From a virus (lineage: Duplodnaviria; Caudoviricetes), in IMG/VR virus record IMGVR_UViG_3300024249_000001, positions 935 through 64,934 of that record: a stretch of DNA of 64,000 nucleotides; one strand, given 5' to 3'. Below the pieces are notes generated by a model. The model made no database searches. It had not been told where the DNA came from and saw nothing but the letters and a program-made list of their open reading frames with translations. Shown piece by piece: positions 1 to 8,988 of the stretch. A program made the position numbers and the translations under genes. Within the stretch, counting starts at the first letter, position 1. Each line of letters starts with the position of its first letter.

Positions 1-5
1 ACCTA

Positions 6-2849
6 GTGTGGTACCGGCCTCCACGCAATTGGTTAGATGGCGCGCCCTGGTGCGACGCGGCCATAGCGGCGTGCAAGCCGTTCAATGATGCCCTGGTCCG
101 AGAGCGCGCGCCGAAGTGTATCTTGGCGCTGGGCGGGATGGCCATGCGGGAGCTGACCGGGCTCTCCGGGGAGAAGTGCGGGATCGGGATGACGCGCGGA
201 TTCGTGGTGCCCGGCACGGCTTACCAAGGGATCCCGGTGGTGGGCAGTTATCATCCATCGTTCCTCCGCAGGGGCAGCAAGGAGCGTGAGGAGTCCGGGC
301 CGCGCGGGAAGATCGAGGCGGCCGGCGGCGGCACCCAGGGAATGAGCCTGCTGGGCGTGCTGATCCGGGATATTCTGCTGGCCGTGGCGACCGCGCGGGA
401 CGGCGCGAGGAGGTTCGAGTATGACGATTACCGAATGGGCGCTACTCTTGCTAGTTGGCGCGACGCTCTTGGGATTCTGTTACATGATCCTACTCTTCCT
501 ATTAGTTATGACTTCGAGACCCTCGACTCGATCACCGCGTCTGACGAAAGCGAGTTCGAGATTACTCGACGTGATGTTACCCAGGTGCAAATTTCTTGGC
601 GGCCCGGGCAGGCGCTAGTCTCGGATTGGTTCCCAGAGCTGAGGCCAGTGCTCCAGGAGATCCTGGAGCTGCCGAATCCGAAGCTCGACTGGAACGGGAG
701 GAAGTTCGATCGTCCCATCCTGCGCGAGATGGGGATCCGCTCGGACATCGGCGAGTGGCATGACCTGATGGACTTCTGGCATCACTCCCAGCCGGATCTG
801 GCGCGAGGGCTCCAGTTCGCGACGAGCTTTCACTGCCCGGAGGTGGGCCCGTGGAAGCACCTCTCGGCGAGTGATCCGCACTGGTACGGCGCGCTCGATG
901 TGGACATGCCCCAGAGGATCTTCGCAGGGCTGCGCGTTAGCTGTTCGCAGACTCGGCATCCAATCTCGGGCATCTCGCTCTGCTCCGGATACCAGGACCA
1001 GGTGGTGCGATTGGCGCCTGTACTAGATCGGATGAGCGCGCGCGGCATTCCGGTCGACGACGCCAAGCGGCTTGCGCTCGACGTGGAGTTCACCGCGACC
1101 CTCGAACGGATCGAGTCGGAGTGCCAGGATCTCTTCCCGGAGGAGATCAAGAACGTCAGTCCCAAGCGCGGGTATGTGCGGACGCCAGCTAAGCTGCTGC
1201 GGGATTGCGAAACTTGTGCCGGTGCCGGAAAGGTATTGATCCCGGCCGAGGCGAACGGCAAGAACAGGGTGATTGAATGTCCTGAATGCCATGGAGGGAA
1301 GCGGTTCGTGCGGCCGGACATTCCACTCAAGTGGGTCGAGCGGGAGTTTGAAGATTCAGTGAAGTGTGCGTGTGGTTGGGCGAAGCCGCACAAGAAAACG
1401 ATTGATCCGGATTGCTTGGAATGTAGAAACACCGGGAAGGTGACTCGACGGGTCAAGCGGTGGGCGCGGGTGGAGGACTTCCTGCCCGGCAGCTGGCAGC
1501 AGGTCCTTCGCTACATCGAGCACATGCGGGATAAGGACGTCGCTGAGAGAGCTGCGGCCTACTGCGAGCGGCATCCGACCATGGCGAGTCTGGCCCCGAG
1601 CTGGGCGCGGGAGAAGAGTCCCTGGAAGGTCCCGCTCGACCACAAGACGGGGAAGCCGACCACGGCTGAGGCCGAGCTCGCGCGGCTAGCTAAACGGACC
1701 GAGGATCTGCTCTTGCCGAAGATCCTGGAGCACCGGGAGATCGCCAAGGCGCGAGGAACGTATGTGCGCGGGTGGGCGCCGGGAGCGGACGGCAGAGTCC
1801 ATCCGAACTTCGGGTTCAAGCCCGCCACGCCGCAGCTCTCCAGCGATTCGCCGAACGCGCAGAATTTCTACGCGCACGGCGAGATCGCGCACCGGATGAA
1901 GCAGATGATCGTTGCGCGCTCTGGCTATCGCATGGTGAAGTTCGACTGGAAATCGTTCTTCATCATCACCGGGGGGTTCGAGGCGCAGGACGATCCGTTC
2001 ATCCGGATCGGTCGGGTGGATATGCACTCGTTTGTCACGCTGGTGGGTTTGCTCAAGCTAGAGCGCCCCGAGGTGGCGTTCGGCTGGGACACGGGAGAAC
2101 TCCGGGACAGGCTCAAGTTCTACCGCACGTCGGACACGCTTTATCCCGAGTATGCCCGCGGGGGATTCCCGGCGGGGATGACGTTCGGGCAGATCCGGGA
2201 TTACATCGCCAAACGGGTGATCTTTGCATGGCAGAACGGGCAAGGTCCGAGGTCGCTCTGGTACTTGTGGCAGGAGACATTCAAGGACATTGCTGAGGCC
2301 GCGACGTGTCAGCGGGAACTCGCGGCGCTGTTTCCAAAGACTCCAGCTTGGCAGTCGGAAGTGCGGATGCGCGCGGATGTGGATCATCAGCTGATTACGC
2401 GGTTTGGGCACATTAGGCGGTTCTGGGATGTTTACCACCGCCGGCCCGTGGCGGAGAACTACCAACCGCGCGGTGAAGAGCGGGTGTGGACGCATAAGTC
2501 GGGGCAAAGGTGGCTACTGGTCCCGGGGGATGATCACGAGGCGGTCACGGCGTACCTTCCAAATGCCAATGCTTATGGGATCAAACGGAAGACGCTGGTC
2601 GAGATCGGGGAGCGCGGATGGGACGAACGATATGGGTTGCTGGCGGACGTGCATGACGCGCTGTATTTCGAGTGTCCTGTGGAGCGCCTCGACAATCTCC
2701 TAGCGGACGTGAAGCCGTTAATGGAAGCTCCCTGTACGATCCTGACAGATCCGGTGACCGCACCTGAGGGCTTGTGGTGCGAGGTCGAGGCGGAGATCAG
2801 CCAGGACTGGGATCACTGGGAAAAAATAAGGCTGGGTGCGACCGTATGA
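6..2849 (+). CDS. polA: Family A DNA polymerase fused to an N-terminal uracil-DNA-glycosylase-like domain; 3'-5' exonuclease; Zn-finger insert; probably 5'-truncated by the window edge
   Basis: UDG family-4-like motifs (L)VWYRPPRN and SYHPSFL; ExoI YDFET, ExoII NGRKFD, ExoIII YGALD; polymerase motifs LSSDSPNAQN, A (FDWKS), B (RDYIAK..F), C (VHDALYFE). The frame is open upstream of base 6. Confidence 0.9.
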   Translation: MWYRPPRNWLDGAPWCDAAIAACKPFNDALVRERAPKCILALGGMAMRELTGLSGEKCGIGMTRGFVVPGTAYQGIPVVGSYHPSFLRRGSKEREESGPRGKIEAAGGGTQGMSLLGVLIRDILLAVATARDGARRFEYDDYRMGATLASWRDALGILLHDPTLPISYDFETLDSITASDESEFEITRRDVTQVQISWRPGQALVSDWFPELRPVLQEILELPNPKLDWNGRKFDRPILREMGIRSDIGEWHDLMDFWHHSQPDLARGLQFATSFHCPEVGPWKHLSASDPHWYGALDVDMPQRIFAGLRVSCSQTRHPISGISLCSGYQDQVVRLAPVLDRMSARGIPVDDAKRLALDVEFTATLERIESECQDLFPEEIKNVSPKRGYVRTPAKLLRDCETCAGAGKVLIPAEANGKNRVIECPECHGGKRFVRPDIPLKWVEREFEDSVKCACGWAKPHKKTIDPDCLECRNTGKVTRRVKRWARVEDFLPGSWQQVLRYIEHMRDKDVAERAAAYCERHPTMASLAPSWAREKSPWKVPLDHKTGKPTTAEAELARLAKRTEDLLLPKILEHREIAKARGTYVRGWAPGADGRVHPNFGFKPATPQLSSDSPNAQNFYAHGEIAHRMKQMIVARSGYRMVKFDWKSFFIITGGFEAQDDPFIRIGRVDMHSFVTLVGLLKLERPEVAFGWDTGELRDRLKFYRTSDTLYPEYARGGFPAGMTFGQIRDYIAKRVIFAWQNGQGPRSLWYLWQETFKDIAEAATCQRELAALFPKTPAWQSEVRMRADVDHQLITRFGHIRRFWDVYHRRPVAENYQPRGEERVWTHKSGQRWLLVPGDDHEAVTAYLPNANAYGIKRKTLVEIGERGWDERYGLLADVHDALYFECPVERLDNLLADVKPLMEAPCTILTDPVTAPEGLWCEVEAEISQDWDHWEKIRLGATV

Positions 2850-3037
2850 AGTATCGGGCATTAGCGGTGGGCGTCACACAGAACGGGGTGCCGTTACAGA
2901 ACTTCTCGCACAACGAGGGATCGCTGCTCAAGTGGGCGAGGATGATCGCGGACTCTCACAAGTGCCAGGTGAAGATATTCATTTGGGAAGAGCGGCTCAT
3001 CCAGACTGTCGAGCCGCCAGAGGCTAAAGTCGGCTAA
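2846..3037 (+). CDS. hypothetical protein
   Basis: ATG overlaps the polA stop (ATGA); coupled to the next gene. Confidence 0.6.
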   Translation: MKYRALAVGVTQNGVPLQNFSHNEGSLLKWARMIADSHKCQVKIFIWEERLIQTVEPPEAKVG

Positions 3038-3324
3038 TGCTTATCATCGTCCAGAACCATCGCTGGGTTAGTTCGGCGGAGATCCATCGGCTAGCGTGTA
3101 CGATCCATGCGCGGATGGGAGTGGATATTTCGATCCTCCGCCATGATGATCCGCTTCAGCCGCCATTGCAGTTCTTCTCGCTGATGCAAGATGCAAAGGA
3201 AGTGGATGTTGAAGAGTTGAAGGCGATTCTGACCGCGCATCTTCCCGTGAAGCCGTGGCCCCAGCGGATGTGGGAATGGTGGCAAGCGCGGAAGAATGTT
3301 GCATCCGTTGCAAATACACCGTAA
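3037..3324 (+). CDS. hypothetical protein
   Basis: TAATG stop-start coupling, 95 aa. Confidence 0.55.
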   Translation: MLIIVQNHRWVSSAEIHRLACTIHARMGVDISILRHDDPLQPPLQFFSLMQDAKEVDVEELKAILTAHLPVKPWPQRMWEWWQARKNVASVANTP

Positions 3325-3327
3325 AAT
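3299..3327 (+). promoter_or_regulatory. sigma70-type promoter
   Basis: TTGCAT-N17-TAAAAT, 7 nt before the ATG at 3335. Confidence 0.65.
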
Positions 3328-3334
3328 GATCCGC

Positions 3335-3577
3335 ATGGCCGCTTACCAAACACGCGAGAACCCGAGACCCCGGCGGGAGCTGAGCAAGACCGAGCAGAAG
3401 GTCCGGAAGTGGATCCTGGACCACCGCGGGAGGCTCACGCAGATCGCGGCGGAGGCGAAGGTCTCGCATCAGTATGTGCAGCGTATCGCATATGGCCGGA
3501 GCATCACGCCTTCGCGGGACTTGCGAGTGGAGCGCGCGCTCGCGTCGTCCGGGTGCCCTGGGCTGCGGGTTCGTTAA
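3335..3577 (+). CDS. HTH DNA-binding protein (Cro/XRE-like)
   Basis: LTQIAAEAKVSHQYVQRIAYG helix-turn-helix pattern. Confidence 0.65.
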   Translation: MAAYQTRENPRPRRELSKTEQKVRKWILDHRGRLTQIAAEAKVSHQYVQRIAYGRSITPSRDLRVERALASSGCPGLRVR

Positions 3578-3675
3578 TCAGAACAGATAATGGTTGACAT
3601 GCGCGGCAGGATGGCGCAAGATGAAATACACGGTGCAATTCCCGTCGCCCTAACTTTTAGCCAAGGAGACATGCG

Positions 3676-3849
3676 ATGCCGAAGTTTCTGGAAGACAAGC
3701 TGAAGAAGGAATATCCCGGCAATCCGGGAGCCGTCTACGGGACGATGAACAAGCTGGGGGCGATGAAAGGGAACAAGGAGACCGCGAAGGGCCGCGCCAT
3801 GGAAAAGAAGCACGCCAAGGATGCCAAGAAGGGTCTAGCGAAGAAGTGA
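3676..3849 (+). CDS. small Lys-rich protein (MPKFLEDKLKKEYPG...)
   Basis: Read manually, not in the ORF track; AAGGAG upstream; preceded by a TTGACA-N17-CAAGAT promoter-like site near 3593; stop overlaps the next start. Confidence 0.65.
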   Translation: MPKFLEDKLKKEYPGNPGAVYGTMNKLGAMKGNKETAKGRAMEKKHAKDAKKGLAKK

Positions 3850-5033
3850 TCCCGCTCCAGTTCAAGTCGCTCTCGAACCCGCTGCTGATAGTGGGAGATA
3901 ATCCTTCATTACCTGGGGGTCTTTCGCGCATCGGCCGGGACCTCGCGACGCTCGCGTGTACGCTCCCGGAGTTCCGCGTGGGATATATGGGCCGGGGCGA
4001 GGGGAACCGCACGCGCTTTCCGTTCTGCTTGTATCCCTTCGACGAGCGGCACGAGTGGGGAGCGGACGTGATCCGCGAAGTCTGGCAGGACTTCTCCCAG
4101 GGCGAGCCAGGGATCATTCTCACGACCGATGATCCCTCCCGTAGAGTGTGGTTCGCAGATCCGGCGTTTGCCCCGCCGAAGCTCGAACAATTTCTGGGGA
4201 GCGGCCGGCAGTTCCGCAAGGTGGGATACTTCCCGCTGGACTCGACCGGGCCGGACGGGAGCGCGCTTGGGATCGAGGCCCGGAATACGATCCTGGGCTA
4301 TGATCGGGTGCTCTGCGCGAGCGAATGGGGAGCGGCTGTGGCTAAGCGCTCGGGGAGAGCGGACGCTGATTGGCTCCCTCATGGGTTCTTCCTGGACAAG
4401 TTCCACCCGCAAGCTCATGCCAGAGGGGCGATGGTGAAGAACGACGCTGAGGTCTGGGTCGGGATGGTCGCGGCGAACCAGGCTCGGAAGGACTTCCCCA
4501 CTTTCTTCGAGACCCTCGCCATCCTGCGGGAGCATTACGGCAATCGCCTCCGGGCGTGGCTCCATACCAACGCGCTGGTGGCGTACTGGAACGTGTACGC
4601 GCTCGCGGCGGACTATGGCGTGCAGGATATTCTGGACACCAGCACGAGCCTGCCGGACGAGATGCTGGCCATCCGGTACTCCGCGTGCGACTGCACCCTG
4701 CTGCCTACGGCGGGGGAGGGATTTGGGTACACGATCCTGGAGTCACTGGCTTGTGGCACGAGCTGCGTGACGACGGACTATGGCGCGGGGCAGGAGTTGG
4801 TGGCGGAGAGCTGCCGGGTGCGCCCTGTCGCGTACCGCGTCGAGACCTCGCATAATGTCCAGCGCGCGATTCTGAGCGGGCACGGGTTCGCCCGGGCGGC
4901 GATCGAGCAGATCGAGCAGAAGCGCGCGGATTGGAGCTATGTCGCCGAGCAGAACGCCGAGAGTGTGCGGCATTTGCAGTGGCCGAACCTGAGGTTCCTG
5001 TGGGAGCGTTGGCTGCGGGAGTGCCTGCGATGA
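3846..5033 (+). CDS. GT-B fold glycosyltransferase (GT4-like)
   Basis: NQARKDF and EGFGYTILESLACG motifs. Confidence 0.85.
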   Translation: MIPLQFKSLSNPLLIVGDNPSLPGGLSRIGRDLATLACTLPEFRVGYMGRGEGNRTRFPFCLYPFDERHEWGADVIREVWQDFSQGEPGIILTTDDPSRRVWFADPAFAPPKLEQFLGSGRQFRKVGYFPLDSTGPDGSALGIEARNTILGYDRVLCASEWGAAVAKRSGRADADWLPHGFFLDKFHPQAHARGAMVKNDAEVWVGMVAANQARKDFPTFFETLAILREHYGNRLRAWLHTNALVAYWNVYALAADYGVQDILDTSTSLPDEMLAIRYSACDCTLLPTAGEGFGYTILESLACGTSCVTTDYGAGQELVAESCRVRPVAYRVETSHNVQRAILSGHGFARAAIEQIEQKRADWSYVAEQNAESVRHLQWPNLRFLWERWLRECLR

Positions 5034-5212
5034 CCGGAGTATGCCAAGCTGAAACCGCCCCGCAGGTAGTAAATGGCATTGTGTACACATGCGTTTCGAG
5101 TTCATGGACGCTACTGCCAGCCAATGCACTTTCGCCTGCGCGCTTAGCTATTTTATTGATCTTCGTGTGCTGTTTGGGCTTAATTATATATACGTATTGG
5201 AGGGCGCGGTGA
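5030..5212 (+). CDS. small membrane protein
   Basis: ATGA overlap with the GT4 stop; C-terminal hydrophobic helix. Confidence 0.45.
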   Translation: MTGVCQAETAPQVVNGIVYTCVSSSWTLLPANALSPARLAILLIFVCCLGLIIYTYWRAR

Positions 5213-5958
5213 CCTCCGAGATCGTGAGCGTGCTCTGCGGCGGCTCCGGACCGCAATGCGCCGCGCCGGAAGAGTATCTAAAATCGCGGGAGTTGCCGAA
5301 CGGGGTGCGTCCATCCGGGTATGGCGTGCGGTTCTACGACAATATGAGCAACTCAGTCTCGCCTTGCACTGCATACCAGAATCTCCTAGAGACTTGCGAG
5401 ACGGACGTGCAGATACTAATACACGATGATGTTTCTATTCATGATCCGGAGTGGCGCGAGAAGGTGATGGCGCTCTTCGAGAGCAATAGCAACTGCGTGG
5501 CCGTGGGCCTGGGCGGCGCGACGGCGCTCGGCTCGCGGGATCTCTACCGCAAGCCTTGGAACATCTGGAACATGGCGCGGCGCGGGTACGCGAGCAATCA
5601 GGACGACGCTGAAATTCACGGCGTGCGGTTCACTGGAGAGCGCCGGGTCGCGGTGATCGAGCAGTTCTTCATGGCGATCCGGACGGATTGGCTCAGGCAG
5701 ATTGGGGGCTGGCCGGTGGAACATCTGCGACATCATATGCTCGACGGCTTCATTGCGTGCGAGGCCGCGCGGCGCGGTAAGGAGATTTGGATGACCGGGA
5801 TTTCTTGCCTGCACTCGGGAGGTGGGAGCAGCACAAAGGATAGCTATGCAAAGGCTTCTTGGCTACTCGGCGGAAGTATGAAGAGCGATCATCGACTGCC
5901 GCATGTCTGGTTGGCATCCGAGTATCGGGACGTGCTGCCGATTGAGGTTGGAACATGA
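5209..5958 (+). CDS. GT-A fold glycosyltransferase (GT2-like)
   Basis: YQNLLE...LIHDDV (DXD); GTG start coupled to the upstream stop. Confidence 0.75.
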   Translation: MTSEIVSVLCGGSGPQCAAPEEYLKSRELPNGVRPSGYGVRFYDNMSNSVSPCTAYQNLLETCETDVQILIHDDVSIHDPEWREKVMALFESNSNCVAVGLGGATALGSRDLYRKPWNIWNMARRGYASNQDDAEIHGVRFTGERRVAVIEQFFMAIRTDWLRQIGGWPVEHLRHHMLDGFIACEAARRGKEIWMTGISCLHSGGGSSTKDSYAKASWLLGGSMKSDHRLPHVWLASEYRDVLPIEVGT

Positions 5959-6677
5959 CGAACATAGTGATGCTAGTGTGTGATCGGATGCGGCTGCTCG
6001 AACAAGCCCTAGCGACCCTCGCTGCCAACACGCCACGCGAAGACTACACGCTCACGCTGGTGGATGATTGCTCCAGCGACTTCCGCGTTCGGCGGATGCT
6101 CGAAGCCCACGCTACACGCCCGAACGTGAGCCTACTGCGGATCGAGAAGAGTGCGCATGTGCTGGCGCGGGGGAAGAACCTCGGGGCGTTCTGGTCGGAG
6201 CAGACTTTTGGCCGGGGGGAGTGGCTGTACTTCAGTGACTCGGACGTGGCGTTTCTCCCGGGATGGTTAGGGAAACTGATCGTAGCGGCGGAACTTACCG
6301 AAGAATTCCACCAATATAAGTTATGGGGCGGTCAGATTCATCCATATCACCAAGAAGCGTCGTATCAGCATGAGAATCCACGCTTGCCATTCTCGGATCT
6401 GAGCCTTACTACACATGAGGTATTAGATGGGCCGTCGTGGCTCATGCGCTGGGACACTTGGGACCAGGTGGGCCCGTTCTCCCGCGAGTGCGCCCCTGGG
6501 ACGTGCCAGTCCGAGGACGCGGAATGGTGCGAGAGGCTCACGCAAAACGGTGGACGCATTGGAGTCGTGCATCCGCATGTCGTGCTGCACACCGGGCTGA
6601 CGAACACGGCGGGCGCTGACGCGCCCGGGCGGAAGGAACGTGAGGCTCAGCGAGCCACGGGGTATATCTATGAGTGA
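5955..6677 (+). CDS. GT2 glycosyltransferase
   Basis: LVDDCSSD, FSDSDV and SEDAEW motifs. Confidence 0.85.
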   Translation: MTNIVMLVCDRMRLLEQALATLAANTPREDYTLTLVDDCSSDFRVRRMLEAHATRPNVSLLRIEKSAHVLARGKNLGAFWSEQTFGRGEWLYFSDSDVAFLPGWLGKLIVAAELTEEFHQYKLWGGQIHPYHQEASYQHENPRLPFSDLSLTTHEVLDGPSWLMRWDTWDQVGPFSRECAPGTCQSEDAEWCERLTQNGGRIGVVHPHVVLHTGLTNTAGADAPGRKEREAQRATGYIYE

Positions 6678-6873
6678 TCCGTATTATGTTCCCGGGGCGC
6701 AGGAAGCCGAGAAGCTCCATGCGTTATGCGCGGCAGCGATGGCAGCGGCTCGGGTGTTGGAGACGTGTCCGCGCCGGGAGGAAGTGATGCCCTACGCGGC
6801 GCGGATTCTGGAGGCGCTGGCGGCGGGCTGCGAGCATATGGTGCGGCCAATGGGGAGGATCGATGGTAAATGA
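6670..6873 (+). CDS. hypothetical protein
   Basis: Fills the operon with overlaps at both ends. Confidence 0.5.
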   Translation: MSDPYYVPGAQEAEKLHALCAAAMAAARVLETCPRREEVMPYAARILEALAAGCEHMVRPMGRIDGK

Positions 6874-7444
6874 GATCGAGCGCCGCCCGGACCAGCCGGA
6901 CATCGCGGCGCACATGCCGGTCCTGGAGGAGCTTGCCAGCAGGTCCGCAGTGATCCTGGAGCTCGGGACGGGATTCGGCAACGGTTCGACACGGGCAATT
7001 GCTAAAGGGCTCGCGCGTTCGACCAAGCCGGACAAGCTCTGGGTCAGCGTGGACTTCGATCCCGCGCGCCCGGAGGAACCCCCGCAGGGCGTCGACTGCT
7101 GGCATTTGGTACATGGTCGGACGGAAGATCGCTTAACTGTAGGCCGTGTTTGTCCGTGGATGTTGAGCACGGAGTCTCCCCTGGATTTGTTGTTCATCGA
7201 CACGGACCACACGTACAAGCAGATGCAACGCGAGTTGGAATTGTGGGCCGGGTCGTTCGCGACGCTCGAGACGATCATCGTGGCGCACGATACGTGGATG
7301 TTTGGGGTGTATAACGACATGACGGAGGCGATTAAGAAGTGGGCGTTTGAGCATCCCGGGTGGGAGTATTTCGACTACTCGCTCGACTCGCACGGACTGG
7401 GGATGATGCGGCACCGGGACGGACCGTGGGGGGATGTGCGATGA
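6863..7444 (+). CDS. class I SAM-dependent methyltransferase (Methyltransf_24-like)
   Basis: ILELGTGFG, LLFIDTDH and VAHDT motifs. Confidence 0.8.
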   Translation: MVNEIERRPDQPDIAAHMPVLEELASRSAVILELGTGFGNGSTRAIAKGLARSTKPDKLWVSVDFDPARPEEPPQGVDCWHLVHGRTEDRLTVGRVCPWMLSTESPLDLLFIDTDHTYKQMQRELELWAGSFATLETIIVAHDTWMFGVYNDMTEAIKKWAFEHPGWEYFDYSLDSHGLGMMRHRDGPWGDVR

Positions 7445-7722
7445 GCGACAAACAAAATCGGAAAGTGGGAGATGTGGTGGTGCTTGAAGAAGAGCATGGC
7501 TACGCGAGTGTGACGATCCTCGCACGCTGGGATGAGGGAGACACGCGACGGTATAAGATCCGCTTCGAGAAGATCTTCATTCAGTACCCGTATGTGCCGT
7601 ATTATCCAGGCGATGAGATCGTGATCAGCTACAACACACGCTATACGAATTCCGGCTACGGCTGGCGTTTCGCGGAACTGAGCGAGTGGGATAATTTCAT
7701 GGCACCCGAGGTTCGGCGGTGA
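7441..7722 (+). CDS. hypothetical protein
   Basis: ATGA and GTGA overlaps within the operon. Confidence 0.55.
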   Translation: MSDKQNRKVGDVVVLEEEHGYASVTILARWDEGDTRRYKIRFEKIFIQYPYVPYYPGDEIVISYNTRYTNSGYGWRFAELSEWDNFMAPEVRR

Positions 7723-8330
7723 GTGAACTCTGCGTGTTTACAGCAGGACAAGACCTCGCACTCGCCCGCGCGTCCTGCGAGCGCGTGGGCATCCGGCTCC
7801 AGGAGTTCGACGGGAAGTGGAGCACGTTCTCGGAGATCAAGCTGGTCCGCGCGCGGAAGTTCCTAGAGACCCGAGGGGAGAAGTTCGCCATGTGGATCGA
7901 CGGGCACGACTCGCTACTCTTGCAGGACGAGGAGACGATCTTGCGGCGGTATCATGCCATCGGGCGGCCAGTGGTGGTGAGTGCCGAGCGCTCTTGCCAT
8001 CCGGACCCGGAGCGCGCGGAGAGCTATCCCGTGGCGCCGACCGGGTGGCCGAGGTTCCTGAACGCCGGTGGCTGGATCGGACGAACGGAGGATCTCATTA
8101 GCGTCCTGGACCGGGTGCGCCGGGCGGACCCGGTCGATCATGACCAGCGGGCCTGGACCACGGCGCTCCTCGCGGGGATTCTGCCCGAGGTCACGCTGGA
8201 TTATGCCCGACGGATCTTCGCTTGTGTGGGCGATGGCCCCGGGATCATGAGCGCGGATACTTGTGTGATGCACTGGAACGGCGGGGTCGCCGGGCGGGAT
8301 CGATACTGGAAGGCGTTGCAGGCATGCTAA
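7719..8330 (+). CDS. PLOD/LH3-type glycosyltransferase domain protein
   Basis: WIDGHD, VVSAERSCHP, FLNAGGWIG and DHDQ match the procollagen galactosyltransferase-like GT-A pattern. Confidence 0.75.
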   Translation: MSELCVFTAGQDLALARASCERVGIRLQEFDGKWSTFSEIKLVRARKFLETRGEKFAMWIDGHDSLLLQDEETILRRYHAIGRPVVVSAERSCHPDPERAESYPVAPTGWPRFLNAGGWIGRTEDLISVLDRVRRADPVDHDQRAWTTALLAGILPEVTLDYARRIFACVGDGPGIMSADTCVMHWNGGVAGRDRYWKALQAC

Positions 8331-8824
8331 GGCTCAACATCGGGTCCGGTCAGCGAAAATTTAAGGACTGGACGAATATCGACGCGCAAGCACGATGGAC
8401 TCCGGATGTGTGCATAGACGGCTGGGCGTATCTAACGCAGCAGAAGGATGCGAGCGTCGAGATGATCTGCCTCCATCACGTCCTGGAGCACTACGGGTGC
8501 GGCGAGGCGGACGCGCTGCTGGGAGAATGCCATCGCGTTCTAGCTCCCGGGGCGAGCCTGCTGGTCTTCGTCCCCGACATGGTGGAGCTGGTGGACGCCT
8601 GGTGGAAGGGCCGGATCGACACCCAGATCTTCATGACTAATGTCTACGGCGCATACATGGGGGACGAAGCCGATCGGCACAAATGGGGCTTTACGTTCCA
8701 GACACTCAAGGCCACACTGAAGAAGGCTGGGTTCCAGAGCGTGGAGAAATTCGACTGGCGGAAGATCCCCGGGGCGGACATCGCGCAGGATTGGTGGATC
8801 TTGGGAATGGAGGCGACGAAATGA
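8324..8824 (+). CDS. SAM-dependent methyltransferase (type 11-like)
   Basis: LNIGSG, HHVLEH and RVLAPGASL motifs. Confidence 0.8.
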   Translation: MLRLNIGSGQRKFKDWTNIDAQARWTPDVCIDGWAYLTQQKDASVEMICLHHVLEHYGCGEADALLGECHRVLAPGASLLVFVPDMVELVDAWWKGRIDTQIFMTNVYGAYMGDEADRHKWGFTFQTLKATLKKAGFQSVEKFDWRKIPGADIAQDWWILGMEATK

Positions 8825-8988
8825 AGGGCCGGGACAAACGGAAACTAGCACGCGCCAAAAGCGCCAAGCGGAAAGGAGCAGCGCCATGCAAGAACAAGCC
8901 GGGGCCGGAAGCGCAGGACCGGATCGCAACGAAGGTGATCGAATGGTGGGAAAAGGGATCGCACGCAGACCCATCCCGGTCGTCCTGA
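8821..8988 (+). CDS. small basic hypothetical protein
   Basis: ATGA overlap with the methyltransferase stop. Confidence 0.4.
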   Translation: MKGRDKRKLARAKSAKRKGAAPCKNKPGPEAQDRIATKVIEWWEKGSHADPSRSS

